Shown in pieces: positions 9,978-19,040 of a stretch of DNA of 64,000 nt. Origin of the DNA: Candidatus Babeliales bacterium (lineage in GTDB: Bacteria > Babelota > Babeliae > Babelales > JACPOV01). A model generated the notes under the pieces. The model was given only the letters and a program-made list of their open reading frames with translations. It was not told the DNA's origin and did no database searches. The translations under genes were made by a program, and so were the position numbers. Positions within the stretch are counted from its first letter, which is position 1. Each line of letters begins with the position of its first letter. The DNA is taken from positions 64,001 through 128,000 of the forward strand of contig JBFWNW010000003.1 in NCBI GenBank assembly GCA_050250855.1, written 5' to 3'.

Positions 9978-10711
9978 TGAATAAAAGAATCCTTGAAACA
10001 AAACAATTCTTCGATGCCATACAAGATGGTAACTATCAAATGGTAAACGATATGCTTGCGACTACTTCATTAGAAGAGAAAAATAAGGGTTTATTTTATG
10101 CTACCATAAAAGGAGATCTTGCTCTGGTAAAATTATTAGTAGAGCATGGTGCTCAAATAGCTGAATCTGAGAGTTTAGAGAAAGCGATAGAAAGCAATGA
10201 TGAAGCTATTGCTGCATATTTGCTTTCTCAAGAAAAGATTGATCTTAATATCCCTGATCGTCACTTTTCACCATTAATGCGTGCTGTTTGTAAAAATAAT
10301 GAAACCATGGCGCAGTTATTACTTGATCATAATGCTGACATAAATTATAAAAACAAAAACCAAAAAACTGCTCTTATGACTGCAGCAGGCTCATGCTGCT
10401 CACCCTATCGCGATAAAAAAGAATGCAATTATCAGGGCATCATAAAGTTACTCTTACGTGCTCAGCCAGCAATAAATATGGAAAATGAGGATGGAGAAAC
10501 TGCTTTGCATTATGCTGTAGAGAATAGGTGCTTCAATACCGTAAAACTTCTATTAGAAGCTGGTGCTGATAGCTCTTTAAAAGATAAGTGCCAACAAACA
10601 GCACTTGATAAAATACAAAAACAGATTCATGATTTTGCACAAAGAAAAGAAAAATTTACTGAGATACATACTATGTTAAACTCAAAAGCTTCTACGAATA
10701 ACCATGAATAA
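9977..10711 (+). CDS. Ankyrin repeat protein (short paralogue family A)
   Basis: TK.F.DAI..G.YQ N-terminus; ankyrin repeats; TAATG coupling to upstream gene. Confidence 0.9.
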   Translation: MNKRILETKQFFDAIQDGNYQMVNDMLATTSLEEKNKGLFYATIKGDLALVKLLVEHGAQIAESESLEKAIESNDEAIAAYLLSQEKIDLNIPDRHFSPLMRAVCKNNETMAQLLLDHNADINYKNKNQKTALMTAAGSCCSPYRDKKECNYQGIIKLLLRAQPAINMENEDGETALHYAVENRCFNTVKLLLEAGADSSLKDKCQQTALDKIQKQIHDFAQRKEKFTEIHTMLNSKASTNNHE

Positions 10712-11441
10712 CCAAGAATCTGCAGAAACAAAAAAGTTTTTAGATGCAATAAAACAAGGGCAGTATCAAATGCTCAAAGATATGCTTGAACAGCAAAGTA
10801 TTTCTTTAGACGACAAAAATGAAGGTTTATTGGAAGCTGCAGAAAATGGCAATCTTGATATAGTACAATTATTGATAAAAAAAGGAGCACAAATTAATGA
10901 ATCCCATATCTTGGAATATGCCGTAAAAAAAGAATTTGAGCATGTTGTAGAATTTTTGCTCACCCAAGAAGGTGTCGATGTTGATAATCCAGACAATGAT
11001 AAATACTGGTCAAACTTAATGTTTGCTGCTTGGAATGGTAATCAAAAAATAGCACAATTATTGCTTGATCATGATGCTGATATACATCATGAAAATATCT
11101 TTGAACAAACCCCCTTGATATTTGCAGCACGAGAGTGCAAGCATAAAAAAAATAATTGTAATTATGACATCATGCAATCTCTCTTGCATCTTCTGCACAG
11201 TAACCTAGAAGAAATAAATAGGCAAGATTACTATGGGTATAGTGCCCTAGCTTATGCCATAGGACATGCCTGCACAAAAACAGTAAAACTCTTATTAGAG
11301 GCCGGAGCAGACCCTTTTCTAGAATATAGAGACGGCACAGCATTTGAACATACAAAAAAGGCGCTCCATTTTGTAGCAAAAGAACAGGAAAAATTAAATC
11401 AGATATATACTATGCTTGCAACGCATACCAAGGAACTATAA
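10704..11441 (+). CDS. Ankyrin repeat protein (short paralogue family A)
   Basis: ETKKFLDAIKQGQ N-terminus; ankyrin repeats. Confidence 0.9.
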   Translation: MNNQESAETKKFLDAIKQGQYQMLKDMLEQQSISLDDKNEGLLEAAENGNLDIVQLLIKKGAQINESHILEYAVKKEFEHVVEFLLTQEGVDVDNPDNDKYWSNLMFAAWNGNQKIAQLLLDHDADIHHENIFEQTPLIFAARECKHKKNNCNYDIMQSLLHLLHSNLEEINRQDYYGYSALAYAIGHACTKTVKLLLEAGADPFLEYRDGTAFEHTKKALHFVAKEQEKLNQIYTMLATHTKEL

Positions 11442-13534
11442 TGAAAAATATCCCTTACACGCTCGTCAAAAACTTATTCGAAGCTCTTGAGAATAATAAT
11501 CTTGAACTCGTAAAACAACTTCTTGATCAAGGCATTTCTTTGGAAATATTAAATAGCGATAATGAAACACCTCTCATTACTGCTGTACGATGCGGGCATA
11601 AAGAATTAGTTGAATTTTTAATTCATCGTGGCGCTTCCCTTAATAAACTGAGAGAGCCTCTTGATAAAAAACCAAGAGATCAAAAAACAGCTCTAATGCT
11701 TGCCTGTGAAAATAAGAGCGCTGATATTGCAGAGCTTCTTTTAAAAAACAATGCACCCGTAAATCAAACTAATGCTCGCGGGACAACAGCTCTTATGCTA
11801 GCAGCAGCACAAGCAAACGGTGAAGCTCTCATAAAACTCTTACTAGCTCATGGAGCATCTGTTAATAAAACTGATCTTAATGGTGCAACTGCTTTACATG
11901 AAGCAGCACAAGAAGGAAATACTCAGACACTTGAACTCCTTATAGAAGCCGGTGCAGAAATTGATGCTAAGGATTTGGAAGATTACACCGCTCTCCATCT
12001 TGCATGTGAGAAAGGACATAATGACGCCGCAGCGCTCCTAGTAGCCAAAGGCGCTGACGTTCATGTACGTAGCTACCGAAGAACAACGCCTCTTATAGAT
12101 GCTGCAAAACATCATGATACAACTATTCTCAGGCACCTGCTTGAGGCTGGAGCAGAGGTCAATGCCAATGAAGATGAAAGGTGCGAAACACCGTTAACGG
12201 TAGCGGTGACACAAAACAATATTGAAGCGGTAAAAATTCTACTTGAATATGGCGCTTTGGTGAATTACCCATCAAGAAGTAGCTATACACTTCTTATGCG
12301 AGCAGCAGAATCAATAAATGTCCAAACAGATATCATAGAATTACTTTTGCAAGCTGGTGCTGATATAAACAAACAAGAAACTTGGGATGGCAGAACTCCT
12401 CTTATGATAGCTGCTGCAAATGGAGCACTTGATACCGTAAAAATCCTGTTAAAACACAAAGCCGATATTCATATAGAAGATTATAACGGCAAAACAGCAT
12501 TGCATTATGCTGTTGAAAGTAGACTTGAAGATATGGTAACTATGTTGCTTGATGCAGGAAGTGCAATAAATCATCAGGATAATAAGGGCATTACCCCTTG
12601 GATACTGGCAGCAAACCACAATTTCTCTGCTCTTTTAAAACTATTACTTACAAAAAATGCACAAATCAGTCTTAAAACCTATAATGGCGAAAGTGCTCTT
12701 TTTACTCCCTGCATTAATGGCGCTATAGAAACGGTTAAACTTTTATTGGCTGCTGGTGCAGATCTTAATACTATTAGCAAAGATGGCATTCACTGTCTTT
12801 TATTAGCAGCAAAAAATAATTACCTTGACCTTGTGCAACTTTTGGTGGAGCAAGGTGCCAACATTTTTGAATCTGACAAAAGTAACAACACCGCTCTTGT
12901 TTATGCCAGCACAAATAATAATACTGCCATGGTAAATTTTTTACTAAATGCAGATACATCATCAAAAAAAGAAGCGCAGCTGGTACAAAAAGCATTTATA
13001 CGTGCTATTGAAAGAAATCATGCAGAAATCGTTAAACTTCTTACCCCTTATGTGGATCTTAATCTAGTTAATCATGATGACCCTTATTGTGATTCCTATG
13101 GCTATCAGTGGGACAAAACTGCTTTAATGATCTCCATTGAAAAAGGTTTTGAAATTACAAAAATTCTGGTAGAAGCTGGCTGTAACCTTGACATACAACA
13201 TGCTAGAACGAAAGAAACGGCTCTTATTCTAGCAGTAAAATCTGGTCGCCTGCCGAGTGTAAAACTTCTTATAAAAGCCGGCGCATCAGTAAATATTCAG
13301 GATAGCTATGGCTGCACTGCGCTTATGTATGCAGCAGAAAGCAACCGTATAGAAATGACAAAAATATTGCTTGAATCTGGTGCTGATGCAAACATTCACG
13401 ATAACGAGAATCATACCGCTTTAATGCATGCAGCTGAAAATGGTTATGAAGAAATACGGGAACTCTTAATTCCTGTCACAGCATCAGAAATAATGACCTG
13501 TAATAAAAAGTGTAAAGAATATAGTTCATTTTAA
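11441..13534 (+). CDS. Long ankyrin repeat protein
   Basis: 697 aa, almost entirely ankyrin repeats. Confidence 0.92.
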   Translation: MKNIPYTLVKNLFEALENNNLELVKQLLDQGISLEILNSDNETPLITAVRCGHKELVEFLIHRGASLNKLREPLDKKPRDQKTALMLACENKSADIAELLLKNNAPVNQTNARGTTALMLAAAQANGEALIKLLLAHGASVNKTDLNGATALHEAAQEGNTQTLELLIEAGAEIDAKDLEDYTALHLACEKGHNDAAALLVAKGADVHVRSYRRTTPLIDAAKHHDTTILRHLLEAGAEVNANEDERCETPLTVAVTQNNIEAVKILLEYGALVNYPSRSSYTLLMRAAESINVQTDIIELLLQAGADINKQETWDGRTPLMIAAANGALDTVKILLKHKADIHIEDYNGKTALHYAVESRLEDMVTMLLDAGSAINHQDNKGITPWILAANHNFSALLKLLLTKNAQISLKTYNGESALFTPCINGAIETVKLLLAAGADLNTISKDGIHCLLLAAKNNYLDLVQLLVEQGANIFESDKSNNTALVYASTNNNTAMVNFLLNADTSSKKEAQLVQKAFIRAIERNHAEIVKLLTPYVDLNLVNHDDPYCDSYGYQWDKTALMISIEKGFEITKILVEAGCNLDIQHARTKETALILAVKSGRLPSVKLLIKAGASVNIQDSYGCTALMYAAESNRIEMTKILLESGADANIHDNENHTALMHAAENGYEEIRELLIPVTASEIMTCNKKCKEYSSF

Positions 13535-13546
13535 AAAAGATATAGC

Positions 13547-14305
13547 ATGGATTACCAAAACCCAGTAACAAAAAAGTTTTTAGATGCAATAAAACAAGGG
13601 CAGTCTCAGGCTGTCAAAGATATCCTTGAACAGCAAAACATTTCTTTAAAAGAAAAAAACTGCGGGTTATTAGAAGCTGCAAGAAATGGCAATCTTGCTT
13701 TGGTAAAACTACTCATAAGCCAAGGAGCTCAGATTAATGAATCCTGTAGCCTGGAATATGCGGTAGAAAAAGAACATGAGCATGTTGTAAAATTTTTGCT
13801 CAGCCAAGAAGGTGTTGAAGTCGATTATCCAGATAATGATAAAGGCTGGTCAGCACTCATGTTTACGGCGTGGAATGGTAACGTAAACATAGCACAACTA
13901 TTGCTTGATCATGGCGCTGATATAGACCATGAAAATATATTTGAACAGACAGCCCTTATCCTTGCTGCAGAACGTTGCCCTTGCGGTGGATCTCGCTATA
14001 GAAGCGTTCCTGCAGATTGTTCGCACCAAGGTGTTATAAAAATTCTTTTACAAGCTCATTTTGCACTAAACAAGCAAGATCAATATGGGCAAACAGCTTT
14101 GCATTATGCAGTAGGAAATGCCTGCACCCAAACGGTAAAACTTTTATTAGATGCAGGCACTGATCCGGATATAAAAAATCATAAGGAACAAACAGCAATT
14201 GAAAAAACAAAAAACGCACTACGCTTTGTCGCGCAAGAACAGGAGAAATTAAATAAAATACATACCCTCTTAGAGCACTATAATGAATCAATCAAAAAAA
14301 CTTGA
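13547..14305 (+). CDS. Ankyrin repeat protein (short paralogue family A)
   Basis: Very similar to 10704..11441 at protein and DNA level. Confidence 0.9.
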   Translation: MDYQNPVTKKFLDAIKQGQSQAVKDILEQQNISLKEKNCGLLEAARNGNLALVKLLISQGAQINESCSLEYAVEKEHEHVVKFLLSQEGVEVDYPDNDKGWSALMFTAWNGNVNIAQLLLDHGADIDHENIFEQTALILAAERCPCGGSRYRSVPADCSHQGVIKILLQAHFALNKQDQYGQTALHYAVGNACTQTVKLLLDAGTDPDIKNHKEQTAIEKTKNALRFVAQEQEKLNKIHTLLEHYNESIKKT

Positions 14306-15485
14306 TCCAGAAATCTTACATAATATACTCAATCAACTATGCAGGGATATTGAAACCTGGCTTAATCCTAATCCTGATGGATCTTTTGCCTGCTCGTTTG
14401 ATTGCTGCATGGGAAATTCTGCATTTGACTTCGATGACGTACTCGAGGAACACCCTCAAGAATTTGCAGACGTTATTGGTATTACTGGTATTGCCATGCT
14501 CAAACAACTGAGAGCTACAGTCGACATTGTTATATGGTTTGATAATAATGATAGCAAAAAGCTTGCCCAAAACCCTGGCTGGCAAGAAATTTGTGCATTT
14601 GGTCAAAAAGTACACAAACATATCAAAGATTCATTAGAGGCCATTGAAACTAATACAAAAATTCTTAAAAAATATCCCCTCAGTTATACTGCCGAACTGA
14701 TGAATTTAGTAAAACAAATAGCCTCTGATAATAAAAATCCTAGCTCAAGGGATAGTGAAGGATCTCCCTTACATGGCCTTGAAGATTTTTTAACACGGTG
14801 CTGGTTTGTTTTACAAAACCCTGATGATTATAAAGGTATAACAGTAAGCGTTTATACGAACCTTGAAAATTTATATTTTTTAGTAAAAACGTATCATGAA
14901 AATCCACTTGAATCTGCTGACCGTTCAGCAAAAATAACGCAACGAGAAGGTTTTTTATCAAAATCTATCAGTCAATTAAAGTGGTATGAAATTACTCAAT
15001 GCGCGCAACAAGCATGGGACGCCTTTGAGCCAGATTCTAGAATTTTTGACCGAAACAAACTTATTAAACGATTGCAAGACCTTAATATTTATGTACGCCG
15101 TTGGGGAGCCGCTGGGCCAAGTGCTTTAGCGCAGCTTGAGCGCAATTTAGATCATACCTTCGATGATGAATCGCGCTCATTTATTGAAGAAATTGGTAAT
15201 CTTGATATTGGAGAATATCAAATCGAATTTACTCGTGATAAAGTTAAAGAAATACCTACTGCTCTAAAAAAAGTTCGCTCCGCAAATTCTTCTGACCATA
15301 TTTTAACCATTATGTATAAAAAATATGGTGATAGCACCTCTCAAGAAGACTGTTATTCTCTGCATGCTGATGGCACTATAAAACGTACACCATATCAAGA
15401 TCCATCACGCCAGAAAACATATTCTTCATTATCTGTCCTCATTGAAAGCATTATAGAAGAAGAGCTAACATCACAAAAAAAATAA
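14283..15485 (+). CDS. Multidomain protein: two helical W-x-E-I domains plus C-terminal SMI1/KNR4 (SUKH)-like domain
   Basis: GAAGPSALAQLERNLDHTFDDESRSFIEEIG resembles the SUKH N-terminus; DCYSL..DG.I...YSSL resembles its C-terminus. Confidence 0.6.
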   Translation: MNQSKKLDPEILHNILNQLCRDIETWLNPNPDGSFACSFDCCMGNSAFDFDDVLEEHPQEFADVIGITGIAMLKQLRATVDIVIWFDNNDSKKLAQNPGWQEICAFGQKVHKHIKDSLEAIETNTKILKKYPLSYTAELMNLVKQIASDNKNPSSRDSEGSPLHGLEDFLTRCWFVLQNPDDYKGITVSVYTNLENLYFLVKTYHENPLESADRSAKITQREGFLSKSISQLKWYEITQCAQQAWDAFEPDSRIFDRNKLIKRLQDLNIYVRRWGAAGPSALAQLERNLDHTFDDESRSFIEEIGNLDIGEYQIEFTRDKVKEIPTALKKVRSANSSDHILTIMYKKYGDSTSQEDCYSLHADGTIKRTPYQDPSRQKTYSSLSVLIESIIEEELTSQKK

Positions 15486-15492
15486 AATCGCT

Positions 15493-16470
15493 ATGAATAA
15501 ATCTGCACACCATCTTTTTAATGCATTAGAAGAACGAGGTAATAAAAAACTCGTTCAAACATTACTCAATCAAGGCGTAGCACTTGAGCAAAAAAATGAC
15601 CGGGGGCAAACACCCTTGCTTTTTGCAGCAAGCAATCCTTATATAGATTACGAAATTATAAAACTCTTGCTCCAGCATGGTGCACCGGTAAACAGCACAA
15701 CCCCCGATGGTTGGACGCCATTACTTGAAGCTGTCACTGCGGGCAGAGACGGTATTGTAGAACTTCTTTTGCAATATGGTGCGGATGTCAATGTAATGAC
15801 GCATGATGGAACCGCACTCATTATAGCCACCATCTATTGTCACAAAGAAATTGCTGAACTTCTTATACAGCATGGTGCTCATATAAATAGCGCTATGCAT
15901 GATGGAACAACCGCACTGCTTATTGCAGCACAAGGCACACTGCCACCACGAGCATTCACGCATACAAGTTATGCTACACAACGAGCCTATGGCAAATATC
16001 ATGATTTAGAGCCTGAATATTATAAAGAAATGCTTGAACTCCTTCTGCTCTTAGGTGCTGATGGATCCCTACAAGATAATTCTGGTAAAACTGCATTTGA
16101 TTACATTACTATTAATCTTTTAGTCCTATTAGGCAGAACCATTAGCTGTTGGCTTAAGCCGGATTCTTCTTCTTTTTTTAATGATCATTTTACATACATA
16201 GAGGTTGTAAAACATTCATTTAAAAACGTTTTTGATCAACTATTTGAATACAGTGATAATCTGCAAAAAATCATAGGAACAGAGGAACTCAAAAGAATTA
16301 AACAGCTAAAATCACTAATAAAACAAATAAAAATAATTGATAAAAATATCAATACAACACTCAAAAAAAATCCTGATTGGCTTAACCTTTGTGATCTTGG
16401 GCAAGCTATAGAAAATCATATAGCAAAATATGACAAAACAAGTGAGTGTATTGTTATTCCTGAACTATGA
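15493..16470 (+). CDS. Ankyrin repeat protein with C-terminal domain shared with 14283..15485
   Basis: Ankyrin repeats, then L.R.I..WL.P...NP.W...C..GQ...HI. Confidence 0.85.
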   Translation: MNKSAHHLFNALEERGNKKLVQTLLNQGVALEQKNDRGQTPLLFAASNPYIDYEIIKLLLQHGAPVNSTTPDGWTPLLEAVTAGRDGIVELLLQYGADVNVMTHDGTALIIATIYCHKEIAELLIQHGAHINSAMHDGTTALLIAAQGTLPPRAFTHTSYATQRAYGKYHDLEPEYYKEMLELLLLLGADGSLQDNSGKTAFDYITINLLVLLGRTISCWLKPDSSSFFNDHFTYIEVVKHSFKNVFDQLFEYSDNLQKIIGTEELKRIKQLKSLIKQIKIIDKNINTTLKKNPDWLNLCDLGQAIENHIAKYDKTSECIVIPEL

Positions 16471-17840
16471 AAAATAAAAATATGGTAAAACTTCCTTTTG
16501 ATAAAGCACTCCAACTCTTTGATGCATTTCTTGCAAAGCATGCATTGCCGCAAGAAAAAATTTTTGTTCTAGGCAAACAAGTTCTATGGCTTGATACAGA
16601 AAATAACCCTCTGTGTCTCTACCTACCAAACGAGCAACAATGTTCTATACAAGATATACAAGAACTGTATGATTATTCTTTGGAAAAAGTCACTTCAGAC
16701 TATTCCCCTATTGCCTTTCATGCTCTGGCGGTGCATAAAGGTAAAACTATCTGCAGCCTTGCTAACGATTTTTTTAGTTTTACGGACGAACCATGGGTTG
16801 AAACGCATCATGAAAATACTCTTATCTTTTCTTCTCTGTTTACAAAAAAAGAATTAAAAATTATTCATGATAAAAACACATGGCATGCATTACAAAATAA
16901 AGAACGCCTGCTGAGTGACCTTGATTATCTTTTTTATATCACGCGCCAAGAAAAAAATAATTATAATTACTTATACAGAGCGATTCTGGCTGACAATACC
17001 GATACAATAAAAAAAATTCTTTCCCGTGATAATTCGTTACTCAACATACACAATCAGTTTGGTTCTACCCCATTGGCAAATGCGTTTCTAGAAAAAGAAT
17101 TTGTACCAACAAAAGAATTGATTGCCCTTCTTCTTTCTTACCATCTTGATGTTAATCTTACATCTCAAGGATCCACCTTATTGCACTTTGCTGCTGACAA
17201 GGGGTATTCAACTATAGTAGCTCTTTTATTACAAGCTGGCGCACACATAAATATACAAAATAAAAGTGGCTGGACACCTCTTATGCAAGCAGCGGCAGCG
17301 GGGCACACAGAAATTGTAAAGCTACTACTTGATGCTGGCGCAAAAATAGATATCACAGGGAGCGTATTACTCTTAAAATCTTCCTATGATGCTGGCTATT
17401 ACGACTTTGATAATTTTGCAAAAAAAACGGGTGATGAAAATAAACCTGACAATTTTACCGCACTTATGGCAGGAGCAAGCAGTGGCAATAAGGAAGTTGT
17501 TAAGCTTTTATTACAGCATGGTGCTGCAGCAATAATCAATCAGCAAGATATTCTTGGCCGAACAGCACTATATTATGCTACGTTTCTGGGTCATGAAGAG
17601 ATTGTGGAACTTTTGCTTGCCTATAATGCTGACACCAATCTGAAAACATCTATGCATAAAACAGCTCTCATTACTGCCTCACGCAATGGTAATAAAAAAA
17701 TTGTTGAACTCCTCCTTGCGCATGGTGCAAACATTGATGATAAAGATAAACATCACTGCTCCCCCTTACGAAATGCCATAATCAAAGGGCATACTGAAAT
17801 TTATAAAATGTTATTAGAAGCAAAAAAGAATAATCAATAA
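16467..17840 (+). CDS. Ankyrin repeat protein with ~160-aa unrelated N-terminal domain
   Basis: C-terminal ankyrin repeats; ATGA overlap with upstream gene. Confidence 0.88.
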   Translation: MKNKNMVKLPFDKALQLFDAFLAKHALPQEKIFVLGKQVLWLDTENNPLCLYLPNEQQCSIQDIQELYDYSLEKVTSDYSPIAFHALAVHKGKTICSLANDFFSFTDEPWVETHHENTLIFSSLFTKKELKIIHDKNTWHALQNKERLLSDLDYLFYITRQEKNNYNYLYRAILADNTDTIKKILSRDNSLLNIHNQFGSTPLANAFLEKEFVPTKELIALLLSYHLDVNLTSQGSTLLHFAADKGYSTIVALLLQAGAHINIQNKSGWTPLMQAAAAGHTEIVKLLLDAGAKIDITGSVLLLKSSYDAGYYDFDNFAKKTGDENKPDNFTALMAGASSGNKEVVKLLLQHGAAAIINQQDILGRTALYYATFLGHEEIVELLLAYNADTNLKTSMHKTALITASRNGNKKIVELLLAHGANIDDKDKHHCSPLRNAIIKGHTEIYKMLLEAKKNNQ

Positions 17841-17913
17841 AACTCTTTCTATTTTACCTGCAAAATCTCTAGGATTCTTTCTGAGCTATAACCTTAATAG
17901 AAAGAATTCTGTT

Positions 17914-18834
17914 ATGAAACATAGCAAAATCTATTTTATTATTTTTTTAAGTACTATAATTCCACCTCTAAAAGCAGCTGAAAATAAACCACTCATGCAT
18001 GCTTGTAAAAATAATGATACCACGAAGCTGCAAGAACTTCTTGGCAATGGGCACACCTGGGATCAAGAGCTCGATACAAAAGCTATTAATGAACGAAATC
18101 TTTATAAAAAAAATGTTAATGCTGATAATTATTTACAAGCCCTTGACCAAGAACAATATTATTTTGGCAATCCAGAAAACGTTCTTAATCGCTGCGCTGA
18201 TGACTCTCCTTTGCATTGGGCTATTGTGCACAAAAAATATAATCTCGCTCGCCTTTTAACATTATATGGCAAATTACCAAGTTTTAACCCCTGCAACGAT
18301 CTTCTTCTTTCAAAAAGCCCTTTGCGGCTTGTCGCTCTACAAAGAATCATTACAAAACAAGAAACGCTTGATTTTGAAAAATTTCTCTTGGCCCATGAAG
18401 TAACAACGCCGCAACCATTCCTAAAAACAAATGATGAGATTAATCTTTCAAAAGATCGCATAAAAACGTTTTTACTCTGCTGTAATAGATATAAAAATAC
18501 TTTCCTAGAAATTCCGCGTGATATTATTTTTCATATACTTTCTTTTATGCCTGAAGAAGTTTTTTCTGTTTCTATGCTTGCAACCGTAGTAAAATATTGC
18601 AGCATGCTACCAGAAAGCTATGTAAAAAGTTTACACAAAACAGCACTTCTTGATGCTTTTAAAAAACTAGATAATCTTGAATTGAAAAAAAAGTATAAAC
18701 AATCATGTAAAAATATTCTTATTGAGCATGGAATGCAACACCCTTCAATACATTATGTACAAAAATCTTATAATGCAGAAACTCTAGAAGAATTTTTAGA
18801 CAAACAACTAGAAGCTCTTTTTTATCTTTTTTAA
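17914..18834 (+). CDS. Secreted protein with degenerate ankyrin repeats and F-box-like motif
   Basis: Signal peptide (LKA-AE); SPLHWAI; IPRDIIFHILSFMP. Confidence 0.65.
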   Translation: MKHSKIYFIIFLSTIIPPLKAAENKPLMHACKNNDTTKLQELLGNGHTWDQELDTKAINERNLYKKNVNADNYLQALDQEQYYFGNPENVLNRCADDSPLHWAIVHKKYNLARLLTLYGKLPSFNPCNDLLLSKSPLRLVALQRIITKQETLDFEKFLLAHEVTTPQPFLKTNDEINLSKDRIKTFLLCCNRYKNTFLEIPRDIIFHILSFMPEEVFSVSMLATVVKYCSMLPESYVKSLHKTALLDAFKKLDNLELKKKYKQSCKNILIEHGMQHPSIHYVQKSYNAETLEEFLDKQLEALFYLF

Positions 18835-19040
18835 CAAAAAAGTTATAAAAAATTAATTGCCATCCATCGCATTTTACGTTACATTTACCCTGTCTTATAA
18901 AAAAAGAATTCTTTCAACAGTAATGAACATTATTGCCGAAAGGGGGCATAAGTAAAGCGTAGCATTCAAAAACTATTTTCTTGTCTCTTTTTCATCGTTT
19001 TTATAAAAAACATACTCATCTCTGGTTAAAGGGAGTTTTT

